From: an uncultured virus (IMG/VR IMGVR_UViG_3300017992_000735)
Taxonomy: Duplodnaviria; Heunggongvirae; Uroviricota; Caudoviricetes
DNA: 64,000 nucleotides
IMG/VR virus record: IMGVR_UViG_3300017992_000735
Strand: one strand, 5' to 3'
The position numbers and the translations under genes are program-made. Every line of letters begins with the position of its first letter. Position 1 is the first letter of the stretch. Below the pieces are notes generated by a model. That model saw nothing but the letters and a program-made list of their open reading frames with translations, ran no database searches and was not told the origin of the DNA. This document shows, one piece after another, positions 47,899 to 56,208 of this stretch.

Positions 47899-48234
47899 CT
47901 AGGTCTCGCCTGTTTGCAACTCCATGTACACACTTAGACCTTGGTTTCCTGCTGAAGCATTCACACGAAAAAGATTTGTATTATTTACAAGGCAATCCAG
48001 CTCATCTCCAGGACCAAGAGGATAATATGATTGCCGACTCTGGTCCCAAACGGCGATCCATTGACCAGCAGTATTCTGTGTCCACGCCTTAAGGACCACT
48101 CTCTTTGTTGGATACCCAGTAGGCACTCCGTTTACTTGTGGGCCATTGGGATCAATAGGCTCCGGATCTCCAGTTGTGATATTTCCGTGCCCCCATATCT
48201 TGATTCGATTAGTTGTGATTGCTAGTTTTGCCAT
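47899..48234 (-). CDS. Small beta-rich protein, possible capsid decoration
   Basis: Late-operon position; VVLKA..N....LGPGDE pattern. Confidence 0.45.
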   Translation of the reverse strand: MAKLAITTNRIKIWGHGNITTGDPEPIDPNGPQVNGVPTGYPTKRVVLKAWTQNTAGQWIAVWDQSRQSYYPLGPGDELDCLVNNTNLFRVNASAGNQGLSVYMELQTGET

Positions 48235-48452
48235 TCTACCTCACCAGATTCAACTTCTTCTTGTGTCCCGTAGAGCCGAACTCGGTCCGAATTATCCCCT
48301 CAGCCTTTCCGTTTCTTTGTCAACCCGAGCATCTGCTCAGCATCTACATCCCAGACATCCGCCCAAGGATTGAAAATGTAAAGCGTGTATGTGACGGGGC
48401 CGTACTCCTGCCTCCCGCTCCCCCAAAGGTATGCGATGTCAATTTTCCTCAT
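48222..48452 (-). CDS. Small late protein with in-frame UGA at codon 51 (candidate selenoprotein, 76 aa)
   Basis: Translated by hand: MRKIDIAYLWGSGRQEYGPVTYTLYIFNPWADVWDVDAEQMLGLTKKRKG*GDNSDRVRLYGTQEEVESGEVEWQN; overlaps both neighbours only if UGA is read through. Confidence 0.6.
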
Positions 48453-48678
48453 CTTTCTTTTTTACTGCCTTACCATTAAGCCTTCGCAAAACTTCTAGAA
48501 TTTCCCCCTGAGTTTGGGAGATACCGGCCATCTGATCCAGATACCGCTCCAACAGCGGGGCGAACCGCTCTATAATAATAACAACCACTTTATAGAAGAT
48601 ATATGCGTAGACTACACTGATAACAACAGCGCCCGATTGATAAACAAACAGTGCAGTCAACGGACTTAATTCTGTCAA
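48439..48678 (-). CDS. Small membrane protein (BhlA/holin-like)
   Basis: TTG start after GGGAG; one long TM segment then a helical region ending RLNGK. Confidence 0.5.
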   Translation of the reverse strand: MTELSPLTALFVYQSGAVVISVVYAYIFYKVVVIIIERFAPLLERYLDQMAGISQTQGEILEVLRRLNGKAVKKKDEEN

Positions 48679-48679
48679 C

Positions 48680-48901
48680 CTAGTCTCCCGCCATCCTAGC
48701 CAAGTCAGGGAACCGCTGCTCAAACTCATGGGATTTGTCTTTGACAGTCCACCCTGCCCCAACAAAGCGAATGATAGGAGTAGAAATAATTTTAGGACAA
48801 AGCCGGTGACACTTGGGACAGGGAGCAGTTGGAGAGGGGTTAAACAACTCCTCATAACTATCGAATAGACCATGCTCTTGGCAACGGTATTGGTAAACCA
48901 A
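48680..48901 (-). CDS. FmdB-family zinc-ribbon protein
   Basis: YQYRC..HG..CPKC..IIS.P.IRFVGAGW. Confidence 0.8.
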   Translation of the reverse strand: MVYQYRCQEHGLFDSYEELFNPSPTAPCPKCHRLCPKIISTPIIRFVGAGWTVKDKSHEFEQRFPDLARMAGD

Positions 48902-48913
48902 TGAAAATCTCCT

Positions 48914-48982
48914 TAAAAGGGATGGGATTGAGACTGAAAATGAAGTGGAGCTGAAAGGAGGGTTGTCTCAAATCCCATCCCT
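48914..48982 (-). promoter_or_regulatory. Leader hairpin / attenuator-like structure
   Basis: AGGGATGGGATT(T)GAGAC pairs with GTCTCAATCCCATCCCT; followed by TTT and the RBS. Confidence 0.6.
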
Positions 48983-48990
48983 CACACTCA

Positions 48991-49021
48991 ATTATATCAC
49001 AGATAGGGAGATAATCAAAAT
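48991..49021 (-). promoter_or_regulatory. Class II (putative late) promoter
   Basis: ATTTTGATT, 16 nt, TATAAT with extended -10 TG. Confidence 0.7.
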
Positions 49022-49024
49022 AAG

Positions 49025-49050
49025 AGCCCCGACCATTGCTGGTCGGGGCT
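49025..49050 (-). terminator. Intrinsic terminator ending the minus-strand early operon
   Basis: AGCCCCGACCA-4 nt-TGGTCGGGGCT, followed by CTTATTTT. Confidence 0.75.
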
Positions 49051-49088
49051 GTTGTGCGCCTTGTCGCCCCGTCGTGCTGCCGGTGGGG

Positions 49089-49304
49089 TTACTGCCAAGA
49101 TTCAAGGATCTTGGCATCCTTGATGCGAGCAAAAAGCCCGCATTTTAGGCATCGCGCTTCGTAGGAACCGTCATCATAAGTCAAGCTTCTCAAGAAACGA
49201 TGCCCGTCTCGCCGTGTAGCCGTCATATCGAGAGTATTCCTGTCCACTTCTTCTGTCGTTCCCATACATTGCTGTGCCATTTTTATTATCCTTTCAGAGT
49301 CCAC
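49089..49304 (-). CDS. Hypothetical protein (start uncertain)
   Basis: 71 aa, ARCLKCG. Confidence 0.5.
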   Translation of the reverse strand: MDSERIIKMAQQCMGTTEEVDRNTLDMTATRRDGHRFLRSLTYDDGSYEARCLKCGLFARIKDAKILESWQ

Positions 49305-49328
49305 TGGTGCAGGGGATCGCCCAGTGGT

Positions 49329-49665
49329 GAGCCTGAGATCCGCTCAGGCGTCGGGCAACCATTCTATTGGGGCGGAAAGTTGACCAGAGAAATACCGGGG
49401 AAAAAATATACAATATCCAACATTTCCCCTCTCTGATGACAATTCACCTCAATCGGCAGAACGTTGGTGAATTGGCGAATCGCCCAGTAGCGGCTGCCAG
49501 TGCCATGCACTAACAAGCCGGCTACACCCCCGATAGACACATCCCGGTCAGGACCTTTATCAGACCCTTTCTCCAATTTCAATTGAATCTGTTCTAATCC
49601 CATTGGACTCATAAACATTTTTTCCCTCTCCCTTCTTGAGAGCCTGAGAACCGCTCAGGCGTCGG
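49329..49665 (-). repeat. Two copies of a 26-nt intergenic hairpin repeat (49329-49354, 49640-49665)
   Basis: CCGACGCCTGAGCGG(A/T)TCTCAGGCTC, 25 of 26 nt identical. Confidence 0.85.
49364..49618 (-). CDS. Hypothetical protein
   Basis: GGGAGAGGG RBS; flanked by the hairpin repeats. Confidence 0.55.
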   Translation of the reverse strand: MFMSPMGLEQIQLKLEKGSDKGPDRDVSIGGVAGLLVHGTGSRYWAIRQFTNVLPIEVNCHQRGEMLDIVYFFPGISLVNFPPQ

Positions 49666-50019
49666 TACCAACAACTAACTGGTATTGTCTACAAAATATC
49701 CTCTTCGCACGATGTCTGGAACTGGGTAGGTACCAGAAGGCCTGGTCTTGGCTAACCACTTAGCGTAACATTCGTTGCACAAGTACTTCCCAACATCCGG
49801 CCGCCAGCGACCATCTGGATTCCCACATTCTCGGCAGTTCGACATTTTTAGCCCCCTCTCTCGATCAAGAATGATAACCGACCCCAACGATACCGATGAA
49901 TCTTATCTGCCCACAACCTTTGGCCAGGCTGCTTGCAGGCAATCATCCACCCATTGCGGTAAAGCCGATGGTTACCATGGTATGACGTGATTTTCCAGTT
50001 TCTCAGTTTGATCTCCATC

Positions 50020-51383
50020 TTAATCTCCTCTCGTGTCCTCAATGTAGTCTTTCAAATCTTTGCAATCACTATGTAGGTAGTCATCATAGAACTCCTTGGC
50101 GATTGCTACGGGAACATCTTCCTTACCCCAGTACTGCTCCACGAACTCGTCAAACGACAAGTGTGGGGCGACGGGGCAACAAACTTTCTTACCAGTCCAC
50201 TTTCCCCCGCAGACAGCACAGATCATATCCCCCGTCCACCTGTCTCTTGTCCACAAAGATTCTTGCTTGCCATTAGTTGTCCTCAGCATCTTCCTCCTCC
50301 TGTTTAACTGCTATAGCCATGGACTTGAGAAACGATCCACAAATACCACTAAGATGCCAACCACGAAGATCTACCTCACCTCCGTACTGAGCGAGAATTT
50401 CCGCTTTGGCACAAGCCAGACAATGAGCTTTAATTTCTTTTCGCTCCCAACCATCTTTTGTCTTGCGTTCAGCTAGGTAGAAATCCCCGCCGGTGTTGAA
50501 AACAGCCCATTTCTCGTACGATAACCTACCTTTCATTTTCATCCTCCTCTATACTGATGAATACACACCAGGGCTTGTCTGGACTTTTGACTTCATTTGA
50601 CAATCTTATACAGTAAGGATCCATATGGCTCTTGTACTTATCAACGAGATACATAATCCGCCTCCAAGAAGAAGGAGTAACCTGCATATACCTGCGGAAT
50701 CCAGCACCTGCCCTACTTCTATGAACTTCTGCAATCAATCCACCCAGCTCGTACACATAAAGATAAATTAGCATTGTAATTCTCCTTTCAGTTGATTGAA
50801 ACCTTCTTCTGTTAGCTCTCCCTCAGCAACCAACCCCCGGCGCTCCAAAGCCTTGACGCTGGCCCCGTGCGCCTTCTCTCCTTGACTGAGTGCAATCAGT
50901 GCCTTCTTCATCCCCTCAGACAAGTCAACTTTTGGTTCTATGGAGATTGATAACCCATCTTCAGGAACCACAACTTTCTTACCCTCGGGAACAAAGATCC
51001 GAGAATCTTCAGGAGCACAGGGCCACTCACACTTGGGGCAGATCAAAGTCTGGGGTCGGAGTGGGTCTGGTTTGAGTTTACTCTTTGGCCACTCTTTAAA
51101 ACAGTAGGTACATTTATACATCACTGGGTACTCTTTTGTAGATCCCCCAACCAATGCGCTCTATCTGTCCCCTGTCGCAAGCACGAGTCATTTCCACGTG
51201 AACTCGTTTAGGAGCTATGTAGCTCTCCCACCAGTCGTCAGGATCATACGCACGCCGCTCAACCAGCAGAGAGTGAACATCTTGCGAGGTGAATACTCCA
51301 TCCTCTGCTGCATTAGCTGCGTCTCGAACTGCTTGGGTAACTCCGAGTATGCAAGGATCTCCATAACCTGGTGCGTTATACAT
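50020..51383 (-). other. Run of overlapping small hypothetical early genes (51114..51383, 50768..~51124, 50526..50774, 50273..50542, 50020..50289)
   Basis: Tightly overlapping ORFs, several with RBSs and CxxC pairs. Confidence 0.6.
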
Positions 51384-51459
51384 TTTACCCTCCTTTTATT
51401 ATTCCGGCGGCCAAACAACTCACTTTATAGGAATTCTACAGTGTAGCCTCACAGCCACT

Positions 51460-51619
51460 GCCGACTCTCCCTCCCCCGCCGACGTGTGCTCGTCACGGCT
51501 TGGGAAAGTCTGATTGTTTGGCCGCTCTTTGCTACACCCAACAGAAGGCGAATGCCAATTCACCAGCCTTATTATTTTGGCTCCCAGGTTCCGGGTGTTG
51601 GGTGCACCAAAAAGCGGCC
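51460..51619 (-). ncRNA. Candidate structured RNA (four-way junction on a 24-bp stem, plus a following hairpin)
   Basis: GGCCGCTTTTTGGTGCACCCAACA pairs with TGTTGGGTGTAGCAAAGAGCGGCC, enclosing three hairpins. Confidence 0.5.
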
Positions 51620-51640
51620 GAGCAGAAACTTTGTCTGCTT

Positions 51641-53128
51641 TCACTGCGCTTCCTTCCTGAGGACTTTGTTGTATTCCTTGGCAATTTTTCCATTGTCTGC
51701 AACCATCAGCTCTGCGCACAACTGGAAAGCCCAATTCTCAAACGCCCTCGTACAATCCTGTGCACTCGATTCTTGATGCCCATACTCATGGACAAATGTT
51801 CTCAAAACTGCTAGTAGGTCTGAATCTCTCAAATGGTCATGCCTCAACCAGCAAGTTTGATCTTCATAGAACCCATTGCGGGTTTCGGCATGTGAACCTT
51901 TAGGGACAAACACTTTAACGAAAATCGGCCAACCCATGTGATCTCGGACTTTTTCCAGAAACCTTTTTCTCCTATTGGCTTTTGTGTCGAGTGTCTTGCG
52001 TTCCCTATAAGGATCTGGAATATCAGCAACGTCTTCGTCATACCTAATATTCCCGTCTACAAAAACTCGTTGGTATACTGGGTTATCTACTCGAACTACA
52101 GTGTATCCTCTCCTTCTCGCCTCTGCGGCTACAATATCATTTGACCACAGAACTGTCTTTCGAGACCCTCCTGTCTCCTTTCTTAGGGCTGAGACCCACC
52201 GCTTTGGGTCTTCTGGATCAAGGCGCTGAACTCGACCTTCCAATTTGCGTCGGTCATCGAGGATAACTACTTCCCTGATGATCTGCCGGATCTTGCTGAA
52301 GGTCTTGAGCTCTGACAACTCTCTGGTAATCTCGGGAATGAGATCATTGTCATCCACAATATTTCGGTCTCGGTTGAGAGGAATATCAAGGTTATAGGAG
52401 AACACAGCGTCAATCTCCCTAACAAAGATCCCCTTAACGAACAGCCGAGCGCCTTGCCAACTCTTTGGTTCAAAGATTGCCTTTGTCGAGGGACTTCGAG
52501 TCTTTTTTGTTTTTCGACCACCGCTACTCGTTACCCGAGCTGTTCGCTTCCGAAGTTTTTTGTAATCTGGGAAGTAATCCTTGGCATACTGGAGGTATTC
52601 ATCAGCAGCAGTGTTCCACTCAATGAAAATCCTTGTCCCGGGGTGCGTACTTCGGTGCTTGTAGACGTTTAAGGCCAGGACCTCATATTTGTCCTTGATA
52701 ATGACCGGCTCGATGGCCCAGTCACGAGAGGTCATATAAAGCCCAATGCCCTCTCTAACTGCCACCAGAAAAGCCATCAATTGCCCCTCACCCTTCTGTC
52801 CACGGTAATGGGTACCCCGCTTACCCGAGATCCCTAGGAATAAAATGTCCTCCAGGTCAACTCCTCGGCCTTCATCCCAGATTCTCCAATACTGCTGGCC
52901 GTTGACTTTGTAGTCCTTCCAGATCTCCATGTACTCTGAGAGGTGGCCGCCATTTTGATCTGCTTGGTAGTCAGCCTCATCCATGATATTTTGCATGCAC
53001 TCACGAACCATCTCCCACGGACCCCACTTGGAAGCTTCGTCATTGAGGTACTCAAGGCTGATGTTAGTCAAAATCTGGCGGTCAAACCTGTACTTCTTGC
53101 CATTGACTTTCAGAAACTCGGCCATCAT
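51641..53128 (-). CDS. GHKL-type ATPase with C-terminal HExxH metallopeptidase-like motif
   Basis: RECMQNIMD; DEGRG; GISGK..GQKGEG; GTRI; VHEYGH. Confidence 0.75.
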   Translation of the reverse strand: MMAEFLKVNGKKYRFDRQILTNISLEYLNDEASKWGPWEMVRECMQNIMDEADYQADQNGGHLSEYMEIWKDYKVNGQQYWRIWDEGRGVDLEDILFLGISGKRGTHYRGQKGEGQLMAFLVAVREGIGLYMTSRDWAIEPVIIKDKYEVLALNVYKHRSTHPGTRIFIEWNTAADEYLQYAKDYFPDYKKLRKRTARVTSSGGRKTKKTRSPSTKAIFEPKSWQGARLFVKGIFVREIDAVFSYNLDIPLNRDRNIVDDNDLIPEITRELSELKTFSKIRQIIREVVILDDRRKLEGRVQRLDPEDPKRWVSALRKETGGSRKTVLWSNDIVAAEARRRGYTVVRVDNPVYQRVFVDGNIRYDEDVADIPDPYRERKTLDTKANRRKRFLEKVRDHMGWPIFVKVFVPKGSHAETRNGFYEDQTCWLRHDHLRDSDLLAVLRTFVHEYGHQESSAQDCTRAFENWAFQLCAELMVADNGKIAKEYNKVLRKEAQ

Positions 53129-53131
53129 GCA

Positions 53132-53243
53132 GCTCCTTTCATTGTATTTGATTACATTATAACACAGAATTCAGTTTTTGTCAAGAGGCAACTGAAAATT
53201 TTAAGGTTCGACCTCTTGACAAATGTAGATTCTATGTTATAAT
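53132..53243. promoter_or_regulatory. Divergent pair of class I promoters
   Basis: Minus: TTGACA 53184-53179, 17 nt, TATAAT 53161-53156, RBS. Plus: AAAATTTTAAGGTTCGACCTC, TTGACA 53216-53221, TATAAT 53238-53243. Confidence 0.85.
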
Positions 53244-53249
53244 TGTATT

Positions 53250-53590
53250 GTGTTAGGATCTGGTAGTGTATGGGTCAGAACTGGAGGCTAGACCTCTGTG
53301 AGATTGCAACCTCCCATAATTGTTTGAGCGTCTCCAGCCTACCTAACTAACACACCCAAGCAGAGGGCAAGGCCTTAGGCCCCACCCGCTTGGCCCGAGG
53401 TGGCCAGCCTCTTAATTCACTGGGGGTGCAATCGGGCAAAGAGAAAATGGCGAACCTCTGCCAACACCGTCCAGCCTGTGGCCGCGACCTTCTAGGGAAA
53501 GCACTCGAAGCGCTGGGGGAGTGCCGCTTGACTGACGGGTCAGGGTCGTGGAGACCCACGCCTTAGCGGAAGGGGGCGCGGTGGGCAGGC
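53250..53590 (+). ncRNA. Candidate multi-domain structured ncRNA
   Basis: No convincing ORF after a strong promoter; stems GTGTTAG/CTAACAC, GCAGAGG/CCTCTGC, CGCGACCTT/AGGGTCGTG, GCACTC/GAGTGC. Confidence 0.5.
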
Positions 53591-53593
53591 AAC

Positions 53594-53671
53594 GTCAGAA
53601 TGTCGGAACGGTAGACGAGCACGAGAGTGTGCCTGAATACGGGCGTGCAGGTTCGAATCCTGCTTCTGGCG
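53594..53671 (+). ncRNA. tRNA-like element (type II, Leu-like D arm) with the anticodon arm reduced to a GAGA tetraloop
   Basis: Acceptor GTCAGAA/TTCTGGC; D arm TCG-GAACGGTAGA-CGA; GCAC-GAGA-GTGT; variable arm GCCTG-AATA-CGGGC; T arm GCAGG-TTCGAAT-CCTGC. Confidence 0.8.
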
Positions 53672-53810
53672 TTTAGTAGGTTACAATGTCAAAACAACGA
53701 GTTCGAAGAAGCACACAGAACGAATCTGGAAGGGGAGATCGGCTTAGGAAGCGCCAAAAAGTTGAAAAAGTGAGGCGTACTGGCCGGAGGAATAAAAGCC
53801 AATCCTAGCT

Positions 53811-54227
53811 ATGCAGACTTTTTTACCTTACCCGAGTTTCATCGAATCAGCCAGGTGCCTTGATAATAAGAGACTTGGCAACCAGAGAAGGGAAGTACTA
53901 TCCATCCTAACTGCTCTCACTGACCCAACTGTGGGTTGGCAGAATCATCCTGCAGTGAAGATGTGGAGGGGGTATGGTAGCGCGCTCATAGACTATGGAC
54001 TTACCATCTGCATTTGGTGGAAGATCCGGGGATACAAGGATACCTGTTACTCAAAGATACTCAAGTCAATAGGAAAGTTTCCCGACCAGTTGTACAATCC
54101 ACCTTGGCTTGGAGATGAAGATTTTCACTCCAGCCACCGCGCTGCTCTGCTGGCTAAGGACCCCGAGTGGTACGGGCAGTTTGGGTGGAGTGAGGAGCCC
54201 AAGATTGAGTATATTTGGCCGGTATAA
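53811..54227 (+). CDS. MSMEG_6728-family / pyrimidine-dimer DNA glycosylase-like protein
   Basis: MQTFLP..SA..LD.KRLG.QR.E; HPAVKMWRG; PPWLG..FHSSHR..LL.K; YIWPV. Confidence 0.85.
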   Translation: MQTFLPYPSFIESARCLDNKRLGNQRREVLSILTALTDPTVGWQNHPAVKMWRGYGSALIDYGLTICIWWKIRGYKDTCYSKILKSIGKFPDQLYNPPWLGDEDFHSSHRAALLAKDPEWYGQFGWSEEPKIEYIWPV

Positions 54228-54258
54228 GAATTTTTAAAAATTTTTTGAGGAGATTAGC

Positions 54259-54450
54259 ATGGCTATTAGTCTAGAACAACGAGAAGAGATCATCAAGTTT
54301 ATAAACTACTACTCAAAACGATGCCCTCACTGTGAAAGCACTCAGTTCACAAGCGACAACCATGGCAATCATCGCTGCCTTGACTGCGGAGAAGACTTCA
54401 CTGATGAGACAGCCCTCCCGTCCCGAGCAGGAGTAGAGAATCAGACGTGA
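54259..54450 (+). CDS. Small zinc-ribbon protein
   Basis: CPHCES...CLDCG; GAGGAG RBS. Confidence 0.6.
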   Translation: MAISLEQREEIIKFINYYSKRCPHCESTQFTSDNHGNHRCLDCGEDFTDETALPSRAGVENQT

Positions 54451-54931
54451 GGTGCTCAGTCTGTGATGAACCGCTAACTGTTCGAACCAGGAGTGGAATT
54501 TATTATATGCGTGTTAACCCTAACTGCCCAAGGTACAAAAAGAAGATATGGATCTCAAAAGCCCAATCCAAATAGCTAATGGACTCTATCAGTTTTATAG
54601 GCAGAACGGAATGAGTGAGGGAGACAGTAAAGAGCGGCTGACTTCTTTATTAGCTCTCGATCCTCAAAACTATTCTGTTCAGCTAATCTCGTTCATACTA
54701 GAGGAGGTCGAAAATGAAAATAGCAGAGGTTAGCATTTACAACGATCCCTGTGGACCTACGCCTCAGTGGATTATCGAGTCTATCATCCGGCGGAAGAAG
54801 AAGAAAGCCAAGAACCGCCGGTTGAGGAAGATAGCCAAAACAACCCAAACCACCAAGAATAATCGGCGGCATAAATTGAGAGGATACCAAGGTACCAGAA
54901 AACCGAACTCCTCGAAGAGCTGGAGGAAATA

Positions 54932-55144
54932 ATGAGCTGGGCACTATCTGTTACTGGTACTGTCATCGCTAACATTGGCTTTTGGTTATATGGAAACAAA
55001 CATAAGTGGGCTCCAGTAATCTCAATGCTAGCCACAGCAGTATGGATACTATACAACATACTCAATAACCAATGGCCTCTACTACTACCTTGCGCTGTAA
55101 ATCTAATTATTCAAATTCGTAATCTGTATCTCTGGAGGAAGTGA
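54932..55144 (+). CDS. Small PnuC-like membrane protein
   Basis: Three hydrophobic segments; GGAGGA RBS. Confidence 0.55.
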   Translation: MSWALSVTGTVIANIGFWLYGNKHKWAPVISMLATAVWILYNILNNQWPLLLPCAVNLIIQIRNLYLWRK

Positions 55145-55428
55145 TGGCCGGAAAGCCAAGGACCCGATGGGAAGAAGAAAAGGCCCGCGCCAAAATGTAC
55201 TAAACCTATTCGAAAGTCCAAGAGGAGAAGGAAGAGATGACCTGTCCAAAGTGTATGAGCTGGGCGGACTGGGGTTGGGTGCGGATTCAAAAAATAACGA
55301 GAATGGAGGTGATTTAAATGGGAAAGAAACCAGGACAAAGCCAAAAGGTGGTTCTAAGCCGGCAGGTGGCGGGAAGGGAGGAGGCAAAGGAGGATCCCAG
55401 GGAGGGAGGAAATAGAAAGGAGAAAACA

Positions 55429-56065
55429 ATGAGAACCTTATCTGACGGGAGCCCCAGTACATTGGGAACTTACCGTGATTACGCGGAAGCTCTCGGAATT
55501 GACAAAGCTGTAGCATTCTTTGACCAAAGGATCGCCAAGAGTCCTGAGGGTAGAGATGAGGAAATACTCAAGGATGTAACCCAAATGCTCTACTTAATCA
55601 TGAGCATGGCAGAATGAAAACCTCAGAACTGATCTACCAACTAGAGGAGATCCGGAGCATACACGGGGATTTGCTTGTTTGTGTACAAGGTACCAAGCAT
55701 AACTTGCTCTACTCTCCAAAACTGGTCTGTTTCCTGCCTAAATATGAGCTGCTGACTATTATTACAGACCAGTTAGAGGAGAACCCTTGGATTGAAGTTG
55801 AGGAGCCAGATTGGGATATGGAGATGCGGAAACCTTAGAAAGGAGGCCCCCGATGAGTGTAGAAACTTACATAGACACTGCCGATGAGCTGAGCAGAAGA
55901 ATACTTCTACTTATTCCCAAACACCCAGAAATACTAACAATGGAATCACCCTGGGATCTATTTAAAATCAAAGAATTCTCCTGCAAAGATCTGGCCCCCA
56001 CCATGTTCCAGGCGGGCTGGGCGTTAGCTAAAGCGAAAAAAGACTACTCAAACGATCAGGATTGA
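55429..56065 (+). other. Three small hypothetical genes (55429..55617, 55614..55838, 55853..56065)
   Basis: AAGGAG RBSs and an ATGA overlap. Confidence 0.55.
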
Positions 56066-56193
56066 CAAGGTAGCGAAGGTGTGATAGAGTAAAGGTGTCA
56101 GCGTAAACGACATCTAAATAATTAGCAAACAAATCCCACCACCTTACAACGGATGTCGTTGTGCTGACAAAGGCTGGTGGGGTTTGTTGTTTT
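56062..56193 (+). promoter_or_regulatory. Promoter and structured leader of the methyltransferase
   Basis: TTGACA, 17 nt, TAGAGT; terminator-like hairpin whose loop region is complementary to the 5' leader. Confidence 0.6.
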
Positions 56194-56208
56194 ATAGGGG
56201 GATTGAAA

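Noticed and set aside
6520..48479. Numerous plus-strand ORFs overlapping the late operon
   Set aside because: Antisense shadows of well-supported minus-strand genes, lacking RBSs and motifs; the exceptions are 21734..21898 and 24154..24372.
53360..53462. HDV-like/theta ribozyme
   Set aside because: The J4/2-like ATGGCGAA is present, but I could not find a consistent P1/P3/L3 with the required pairing; left as unassigned structure.
53594..53671. Functional decoding tRNA, tRNA-Sec or tmRNA
   Set aside because: No 7-nt anticodon loop, no UCA anticodon, no tmRNA-like ends or tag ORF.
55167..55617. Frameshifted Gly/Lys-rich peptide gene
   Set aside because: The RBS-linked ATG (55318) and the Gly-rich frame differ, but low complexity makes frameshift, sequencing error and chance indistinguishable.
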